Assembly (NCBI GenBank): GCA_951406725.2
Contig: OX597818.1
Span: 72,540,001-72,604,000 of the forward strand
Reading direction: 5' to 3'
Origin: Octopus vulgaris
Lineage: Eukaryota
DNA: 64,000 nt
Shown: in pieces, positions 55,516 to 64,000 of the stretch
How positions within the stretch are numbered: position 1 is the first letter of the stretch
Layout: every line of letters begins with the position of its first letter
Position numbers and translations under genes: made by a program
Notes under the pieces: generated by a model
Database searches by the model: none
Told to the model about the DNA's origin: nothing
The model's input: the letters and a program-made list of their open reading frames with translations, nothing else

Positions 55516-57112
55516 CACATATACATACATATACATATACAAACATAAGTACATGCACATATACACAAAGGTAGTAAATGCTGTCCATGACAATTCCTTA
55601 GAAATCCTCTTTCCCAGGAATTAACACTTCAAAACTCACTTCGGTTGTGAGGGATTAAATTTGGAACCACTGGACGCTGCAAGTCTAAATTTCAAAATTC
55701 AAATTCCTTAAATGTAATATAAACGAATTAAATGTGTAAAAAAGAAAAGTAGAAAGGGTCTTATATTGATAAGCGTCCGGCTAACGAGAAGCTGGGAGCA
55801 AATCAGAAGTTTGGAAGGTAGAAGATAAAACAACAATAAAGTAGCAGCCTCATCACTATTGGCATTTAAATGGAAATGGAACTTAATATGGCTAGCAACC
55901 TGTAATATGACCTTCAATGAAAATCACCGATGGAGAATAAATATGCAATAATATTGTTTACTTTTTGTTTGAATCACTTATTATCATATGTTGCCTTCAG
56001 AACGAAGGATGAAATGAAAATTGCTGCTTCGATGAACAATTTTCTTTAAAAAGAAATTGGAAGAACATATCAAAATGCTAAGACTGTCCATGTTCCACTG
56101 AAGCATTTCATTCGAAATTTCCATTTCAGATATGGCGTCCCCGAAGAAACAGGAATTATATTATCTCCGCATGTGCATTGCAAAGAAAAAATGATCGGGT
56201 AAAGGATAGTCAAAAGATATTTCTTTCTCTCAAATTCCCGATGATTCATTGGGTGATTAGTTTTCTTGCGGATGCACAGCTTTAAGTGGATGAGCGACAA
56301 ATGAAGCTCTCCAGGTAGAAAACTAATCGATCATGACGTTAAATTCTGAAACGCTTAGGTACATTATTAGCGGATGAGAAGTCTGAAAGACAATTTTAAA
56401 AATATGAATTTCTTATATATTGGACGCATCCTTTTTAGATGACATAAATCTTATGACCTATATACTCTCATCCTTACTAACTTAGACCTCTACTCAACAC
56501 ATGATAGATACTATTTTGCTTAAAAAACAATGAATACGTTATAGCTTTTGTAGTCGTCGATATAAACGTTGGTTGTTTGGTTGGTTGGTAGGTTGATTTC
56601 TCAAGTCACGCTTTATATCGTATAGAAAGAAAGAGTGAGAGAATGAAAGAGGGATAGGGATCATTGATATAAGAGGCGCATGGCACACGATGAGTAAATG
56701 AGTGCTACATCCACAGTGAAAAAGAGTCAAAGAGACAGGGGAGGATTACGAAGGGGAATAAGGAATGTAAATGAAAGAGAAGATATGAGAGAAGTAATAA
56801 AAAGGAGGAATAAAGAGCTGCCCTCCGTAGTCTAGATAGAATGGTGATTAGCATATTCACGTTCGAATCTGACGAAATATATCATGAATGAGTATGTACG
56901 TTATTGTTTTCCTTTATTTCATCTATATTCAGGTAACAAATAATTTCTTTTATCATTAGAATTCATTTCATAATCTTGCATAGGCACAAAGGAGTTTAGT
57001 AAATGATAAAATCTAATTATTGAAAGTAGGAAATAATTCCTGATGTTATCCATGGTTGCAAAAATATAATTTCAAAGTTATCTACTGTAAGATGGTAACA
57101 ATAGTATCACTT

Positions 57113-57330
57113 TTATCTTTTGCTTGTTTCAGTCACTAGACTGCAACCATGCTGGGACACCGCCTTGAACAATTTTTAGCCGAATGAATTAACCCCAATA
57201 TTTATCATTTTAAGCATAGTACTTCTTCTATTGTTCTTTTGTTGAACAGCTATGTTACAGGGACGTAGGTACACTAACACCGGATGTCAAGCGGTGGTGA
57301 GGACAAATAGAGACGCAAAGACGCACACAA

Positions 57331-57372
<42 letters not shown>

Positions 57373-57530
57373 TCAGTTTCTGCTAACCAAATCCACTCAC
57401 AAGGCATGGATCGGGTCGGCCCGCAGCTACAGTAGAAGAAAGTTGCCCAGTGTACCGCGCAGTGGGACTGAACTCGGAACTATGTAGTTGGGAAACAAGC
57501 TTCGTATCACATACCCTTTCCTGCACCTAC
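57113..57530 (-). mobile_element. Full-length bipartite SINE with internal (TA)n (octopus OK-like family)
   Basis: tRNA-like head with gagttcagtccc, body shared with 40561-40725, a TA tract, and a 3' half shared with 41795-41912. Confidence 0.85.
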
Positions 57531-57938
57531 GAGAGATTCATGAAGAAATTGAATGTAAGTTTTTATCTACGACGATTGAGCTCCGATTATAAGCTTAGAA
57601 TTAGAAAGACATAAATACACACACAGTGCATACATACGCAAACACAAGCACACACACACATATGCACGCGCGCACGCAAGCACACACACATACACGCACA
57701 CATACATACACGCACAAACATATAACAAATGAACAGATAGTCCAGGGTTGCTCAAGTTGTTTCATTAGGGATAATTATTTCGAAGTGGACGTAATACAAT
57801 ATCCAAGTTGTGCAATATTCTATGATCGTCAGGTAATATCTCAAGATATGTTGAGTTACCGGAGGTCAGGGGAAACTGAACGATGCCCATTATATGTATA
57901 CTCAAATAAGTAATCACATACGATGGATAATTGTCAGC

Positions 57939-58022
57939 TCATTACAGCTGTTTCTTACGTATCATTTTTAATAAAAGAATGAGAACATTGCTCCATTACA
58001 AAAAACCATAATCATAAGATGA
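57939..58022 (-). ncRNA. Degenerate type I hammerhead ribozyme
   Basis: Minus strand reads tcat CTTATGA ttatg...cgtaa GAAA cagctg TA atga. All helices pair but G5 is mutated to U. Confidence 0.6.
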
Positions 58023-58859
58023 AAACTAATTTTGCAAACAAAAGATTATCCCAAGAGTATAGAAGAAACGTGGTTGAAGTCTGTAGAAGTCAACTATGAA
58101 ATGGGAAAATGACCAACAAACTTGGCCGTTGAGGTTAAGAATATAGTTGTTGAAAGTGAGTAATATGATATCTAAGATGAGATATCATATCACCCAGATG
58201 AAATAGGAGTCTGCTAAACTGGTTCTTAGGGAGGCTGGAGTGGGGCTGTAGGTGATATTCTATTATAGTATTCTTAGAGCAGTGAGAATTAAGAAAAGGT
58301 CCTAATATAAATTAAGGATAAAAACAGAAAGAATAAATAAAGCAAAAGATACACAGGCAATAGGGTCGATAAACCATACTTAAACAGCAGATACGGGTGC
58401 AGACTTTGTTGTATGGAGCTGTTTGAAATTTTAAAGAGATCAAATAGTGAAAATCTACTAAATAATAAACTAGACCTTCGCCTTTCCTGCATACATAAGG
58501 CTATCCGCACGTTTAAATATTTCAAGGACATTGAACAATCTCCATAATAGCTCTTGAACTAGAGCCAATCCAATTTACTCTCCCTTTTGCTCACCCAATA
58601 GTCGATCGGTCTACCTATTACTGTTTGAGTCCTAGTCTCGTTTCCCTTTGCCGTTATTTTCTAACCGCTCTCGATATACTTTTATGATATGGTATATTGA
58701 AGGATCTAACCATTTTATCAGGAGTGTACCCGGTATTATGCAATAGCGATAGCAAAGATATCTAACCTAGGAGTAGCAGCCTGCACACTCTAGCCAGGTC
58801 TTTTCCAGTTGTAATAGATATAGTTATTTAAGCAGTGCTTGGTAAATAATCCTTTCTAC

Positions 58860-59063
58860 TGGAGGCACAAGGCCTCAACTTTGGCGTCGGGTGGATAGTC
58901 GATTGCATTGCCCCAGTGTTTCACTGGTACTTAATTTATCGGCATTAAAAGGATGAAAAGCACTGTCATCCTCGGCGGAATTTGAACTCAGAACGTAGCG
59001 ACGGGCTAAATACCGCTAAGCATTTCGTCCAGCGTGCTTACGGTTCTGCCAGCTCACCGCCTT
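58860..59063 (-). mobile_element. tRNA-derived SINE (octopus OR-like family)
   Basis: Minus strand reads aaggcggtgagctggcagaacc..gagttcaaattccgccgagg..ttttcatcct..aagtaccagtg. Confidence 0.85.
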
Positions 59064-60259
59064 AGCCCTTGTTAACTAATAGATAGAACATACTATTCAC
59101 ACCTTCGACTCACGACTATTGTCTGGAGTTGCTTTACCTGATTCACACACAGGTGATTATACTATCTAATTAAATATCAACACCACCTTTATAACATTTC
59201 ATATTGTTAATCATTAGAATGCACCCTACTCCTGGCTTTCTTTTATACCTGTTCTGGTATTTCCTCTAACTCCGTACTAGTTGTAGTTTCTTATGTAACC
59301 CTCCTTCTTTAAACTCCTTAATGATAAGTAGTGCTCTACTTTTAATAACATTACTATTCCATAAAAGTTAGAACAGTATACCCCTAAATTCTAGGTATCC
59401 ACAGCATACCCCTAAATTCTGTGTACTTCTGCCAAACTCCCTAGAGAATCCTAAACCCCTAGAGAATCCTAAACCCAACCCAATTCCTAACTGCCTTGTA
59501 TCCTTTTATTTTTCTTCACTCTTACTTTTGCTTTCTTTATTTATCCTTAGTTTATATTAGGACCTCTCCTCACTTCCCACAGCTCTAAGAATACTATAAT
59601 AGAATATCACCTACACCCCACTCCAGCCTGTCTAAGAATCAGTTTAGAGATTCCTATCTCACCCGGGTTGCTGACCTTCGATATCATATTTACGAAGAGT
59701 TCTTGTCTAGTCCGCCTTTTCATTGTGATCTGTGGTAAGTACTTATGAATAGTATAGTCGCGGTCAGCTTCATATGGACTTTGAGTCTTTACATCTATAC
59801 GGACTTGTTTAGTGAGATTCAGTTTGTTATAGCTCGTTATAGTTTGTTATTTGAAACCGTAAATCCATCAGTGCGTGCGTTAATTTTATAGAATTGCTTT
59901 TTAGCATTGAGATTTGATAAGTAATACCGTGATCGTACTCATTGCTACTCTGTTAAACCGGTTGCACACTGCTTCAGACAAAACGGTCTTAGATAAGATA
60001 CTGTCAGTCAGTGTCCGCAACCATGTTTTTGGAATCTGGGTCTTAACTTCAACAATTGTCATTATTTTGTGAGATTGGAAACCGTCGATATTTGACATTA
60101 TTTTTGCAACAATTAGATAAGGATAAATAATTGTACTAATTCCAGAAAAAAAATTATAGCTAAACTAGATGTTGTTCAGAATTGCTAAAGTCAAAACCGA
60201 AAACATGATTTCGGATGCAAGCTTATCTTGTCTTGTCTAAGACTGGTTTATTTGGGTCA

Positions 60260-61389
60260 GTGTGCGGCCGGCTTTACAAATTTTTTTATGGTTTTTCAGA
60301 ATAAATGCATTTCTTTTTAACCCGTAATTATGTCAAAAAGATTAAAACGAACTTTGAAAGTAGAAAACATGATCTTCACTGGAGAATAGAAAGTGCAATA
60401 TTTTTTAGTAAATAGTGGGAGTAAAATGTCTTGCTTGTTTTGTTATCAGATCCAAAATTTTACAGAGATGTTGCATTTTTATGTGATGTGATGTCAAAAC
60501 AAAATTAGTGTAAAATTTCGTTGCAAGATGAAAATAAATGTATTGATGATACGTGGCAAATATTTGGTAATTTAAGAAAAAAATTGTTTTCGAGTTCCTT
60601 GCGGCTCAAACACAACTTTCAGAATACTTTCCTAGTGAAAATGAAGAACATATCTATGAATCTTTTGAAGAATACGAGTCAGTTTTAGACTCATTAAAGG
60701 AAAAATTCAATGATTTTGAAAAACATAACTTCACTCTGAAACTTGCTTTTCAGCCTCACTCAGTTGGTGTATCACCCGAAGTGTTACAAAAAGAGCTTAT
60801 TGAAATGTCTGAAGATAATATCCTTAAATCTCTGTTTGACAAGAGGGAAAAATCCCATCGAAATTTGGAAAAATGCGGTAGGATATTCTCGTTTTCGGGA
60901 ACATGCACGTCGACTAATTTCCAGCTTTTCTTCAACATACAGTTGTGAATTCACATTCTTGTACTTGACGCGAGTAAAAAATTCACTGAGAACGCAATTG
61001 ACAGTTGATCATTTGGGGGAACAATTGAAACTAAGAACGTCTATGATATCAAAACGCTTTCTGAAAAAGAAAAAAAACAGTAAATTCAAAGAAGTCATTT
61101 ATTTGTAAAAAGTACCTACTTGTCTAAATTAAATATTTGAAAATGTCTTGCTTTCGATACTATTCATTTATATATTATTTGTATAAAAGTACCTATTTAA
61201 ATAAAATATTTGAAAAGCCATATTTTCGATTTCTGCACATTTGTCTTCCATTTATTAGATTACTAGTGAATTACTTAAGCGATAAAATAACTAAAAAAGA
61301 AAATGAAAAATAATTTGTACAATGCGGCCTCTATGAGGGATGATGTATTGTATGGTGGTCTTCTTGTACAAAAAGGTTCCCCATCCCTG
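60260..61389 (+). pseudogene. hAT (Charlie/SPIN, GTF2IRD2-like) transposase remnant, internally deleted, with right TIR
   Basis: DVAFLCDV, LQKELIEM, and SFSSTYSCEFTFLYLTRVKNSLRTQLTVDHL (hATC dimerisation motif). Right end is ggttccccatccctg. The left boundary is uncertain. Confidence 0.85.
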
Positions 61390-61639
61390 CCCTAGAGTAT
61401 TCCAACAACGGACTACTCAAAGTAACGCGTGCTTTGGAGCTGTCCTTAAGCACTAAATACTCGTAGGGTTGGTATTCTCTGTGTACACAACCGGAATATT
61501 TGATACTTACCAAACATTGTCCGGAACCACAGTTTTATCCATCCCTACCTTGTGTATATATTTTCAACTAGCTGATTCTCTCGGATTTCTTATTTTACTA
61601 AGATTTGACTTTCATTGTGACCCGGCACTCGGGAGATTA

Positions 61640-63455
61640 TTGGATGATTTATGAAAGCAGAGAAAGCTAAAAAAATCCAGATACATACAATTAGATATAG
61701 ATAGCGACTAATCCACGATTAATCCTATAGTACTAAATAAAGCTCTTATATTCGCAATGAAAATCTCTAGTTTATTTAGGACAGACGTGGACAGAATTTT
61801 AACAGTTGGTCAAACTGTCATTAGTTACGATAAAAAATTATGAATGAGATCAGAGAGGGCTAATTCATTTTATATCATAATGGGATCGAGTGACTCTGCT
61901 CAGGTAACGGATATCGTTGGAATCTTCCTCATATTCTAGATCAAATCCGAATTCCCACAGATAACGGGAAGTCTGTTCAGGGATGATGCTCTTTTCTGAA
62001 TGACAAACTGTACAGAAATAGAGATAGAAAGATATAGAAAAGAACTCCATAACTTTAAAAAAGTTTCGGTTTCGGCCTTTCTATAACTATAGACTATAAC
62101 CACTGTAAGGGAAACGTTCTAGATGCGAATTTTAATTTGGAAAGTGGCCTCTATATACCATACCACAAACCAAATGAGTGCTTAAGAGACATAAATGTAA
62201 ATTACAATCATCTACCATCCGTAACCAAAGGAATAATTAGGAACATAGTCACTAGAATATCAAGATTATCAGCCACAGAGGAAACATTCAACCAAAATGC
62301 AACATACTACAAAGAGGCGCTACCTAGGGCGGGATATAAATGGAAAATCAAATTTGAAAATAACGACACCACAAATAACAATAACAAACGCAAATAAGGT
62401 AGAATACACACAAAACACGTATGACATAAACAAACGAATAACAATAAAAAAGAGAAAACATGAGGAACAACGGAAAGATGGGAGGAAGACAGATATAACC
62501 GGAAAGAATAAAAATATTTGGAATATAGACGCACACAATCGTAAAAATATGCAAAATAGGAAGAAGAAACCAAACAAAAGGTACAAAAATTCGGAAGCCT
62601 TATGGTATACTCCAATTTTTTGACTTCAAATGTCGTCTAAGATAGGTAAGCAATTCATTGCAGCATTAAATAGATACTTCCCTAAAACACATACTACCGT
62701 TTATTCAGCAAGTAAATAGTAAAAATATCATACGCAACGTCTTACAACATGGAGTACTACATACATGGATACAACAGGAAAGTAAACATACAAACAACGT
62801 CTGCTGGCAAAGAACAAACTAATAAAACATCTGAGGCCAATAAGAAAAATAAAAAAAAACTCAGATAACGTACAAGACGATGGCAATAAGATTAAAACGA
62901 ATCATCAAAAACGATCCGCTAAAAAATATTGCCGATTCCAGAGTGCTTCAGACACTAACAATCAAACGTATTATCATGAAAACAGAATCAAAATGTCACC
63001 AGATAAATATAAAAATAATAATAGTACAAATAACTGCACAAACTGTAGAAAATCTGCTTGTCCGCTCATGAATGATTGTATCCCCCCCAAAAAAAAAACA
63101 TTCTATACAAATGCACTATCTCCACATCCCAACATAAACACGCAAATATAGGTGCGTCGGAAAACCAATTAAAATCCATTATTACAACCACATCTCGTCA
63201 TTCCAAAAATAAACAAACGACACGGAACTTCACGGGTGGACCTAATATGGAAACTGAAGGAATCAAAAATTAAATACAAAATGAAATGGTCAATAATAAA
63301 AATGCACACGCATGTAATTCGCCATCCGGCGAATATGACCTTTGCCTTGAGGGAGCATTACGTATACTACTGAGTAAGGAGAATCTGGTAAACAAGCATG
63401 ATGAGAAAATTCCAAGGTGTAGCCACCGCGCTAAATATGCATTTTCAAGATGGGG
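61640..63455 (+). pseudogene. Naiad-like Penelope-like element, RT plus C-terminal GIY-YIG region, decayed
   Basis: YIQLDID, IMGSSDSAQVTDIVG, LFRDD, PYHKPNE..NHLPSVTK..RISRLS, WYTPIF..IGKQF..RYFPK, CPLMNDC..ILYKCTI, KWSII..DLCLE..LVNK..RCSHR. Confidence 0.9.
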
Positions 63456-63628
63456 CAGTGTATAAAAATAATAATTATTATTCAGTTTTCCCACCTCCCA
63501 TCCCTTCCATCCCATATGTATATATATATTGGACTGCTCAAAAATATAAATAAGTACATATATGTAAATAAATGTATATGCATGTATGTATGAGTATGAT
63601 CGGTATATATATATATATATATATATAT

Positions 63629-63760
63629 ATAAGCGAGAAAAAAGCAACAAGAATGGATAGGTTTTTAGTACAATCGTTTCATACAAGGACAGGCTTTATT
63701 AAAAGTTGCAAAAAAGTTGCAAAAAGTTGCAAAAAGTTGCAAAATTTTTTTCTCGCTTAT
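63629..63760. repeat. PLE-type terminus with short inverted ends, an HHR 3' half and a 4x aaaagttgc tandem
   Basis: ataagcgagaaaaaa / ttttttctcgcttat. The minus strand has GAAAcgattgTA. Starts at a (TA)n tract. Confidence 0.5.
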
Positions 63761-64000
63761 AATCACCCCACATTACTGTATTGTTAAAACCGTATAGTTT
63801 GTTTTGGTGCATCTAAGTTAGGTACCATATTCAAGTAAATTCATTTAAATTAACTTGAATCTTTATTGCTTTTTGTATATATATATATATATATATATGG
63901 GCGAGGCTGTGTGTCTCTGAACCAACGAATATTGAAAGTCGGGTAATAAAATGAGGAACAAAATAAACAGTCAATACAGCCAATACTACTCATAGCAGGC

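Larger units (their letters stand above)
57915..59680. mobile_element. Old PLE-like element with internal inverted arms (~58190-58335 vs ~59530-59670) and a terminal HHR remnant
   Basis: ggctggagtggggctgtaggtgatattctattatagtattcttagagc vs gctctaagaatactataatagaatatcacctacaccccactccagcc. The terminus is shared with 49618-49657. Confidence 0.6.

Noticed and set aside
56110-56200. Possible exon (ttccatttcag...gg/gtaaag) or Helitron-like YYLRM motif
   Set aside because: Short, no recognisable domain, and the YYLRM frame stops within a few codons.
63700-63745. Tandem aaaagttgc repeats considered as CRISPR-like or telomere-like
   Set aside because: No spacers, only four units, and located inside a retroelement terminus in eukaryotic DNA.

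Overview
AT-rich, microsatellite-dense eukaryotic non-coding DNA (intronic or intergenic), with one 100-N gap at 43115-43214. The SINE types and repeat density suggest an Octopus genome (inference from recalled repeat consensus, not a database search). No host exon could be supported. The window is a mosaic of decayed transposons: two RTE LINE remnants, four Dong/R4 (RLE) pieces in (TAA)n arrays, two Naiad-like Penelope-like elements (PLEs), pogo/Tigger, mariner and hAT remnants, MITEs, a probable Helentron-type non-autonomous element and several tRNA-derived SINEs. The main signal the ORF track misses is about ten type I hammerhead ribozyme (HHR) motifs from several unrelated sequence families. 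Three have a fully intact core, many have palindromic helix III and long helix II inserts, and several lie in inverted pairs next to (TA)n. The best novelty candidate is a 2.2-kb (TA)n-flanked unit at 17961-20139. It has terminal direct repeats, encodes only a Gag/ORF1-like CCHC protein (no RT, no endonuclease) and carries a sense-strand HHR just after its poly(A) signal. Fold-back duplications centred on self-complementary microsatellites also recur, and some may be assembly artefacts.
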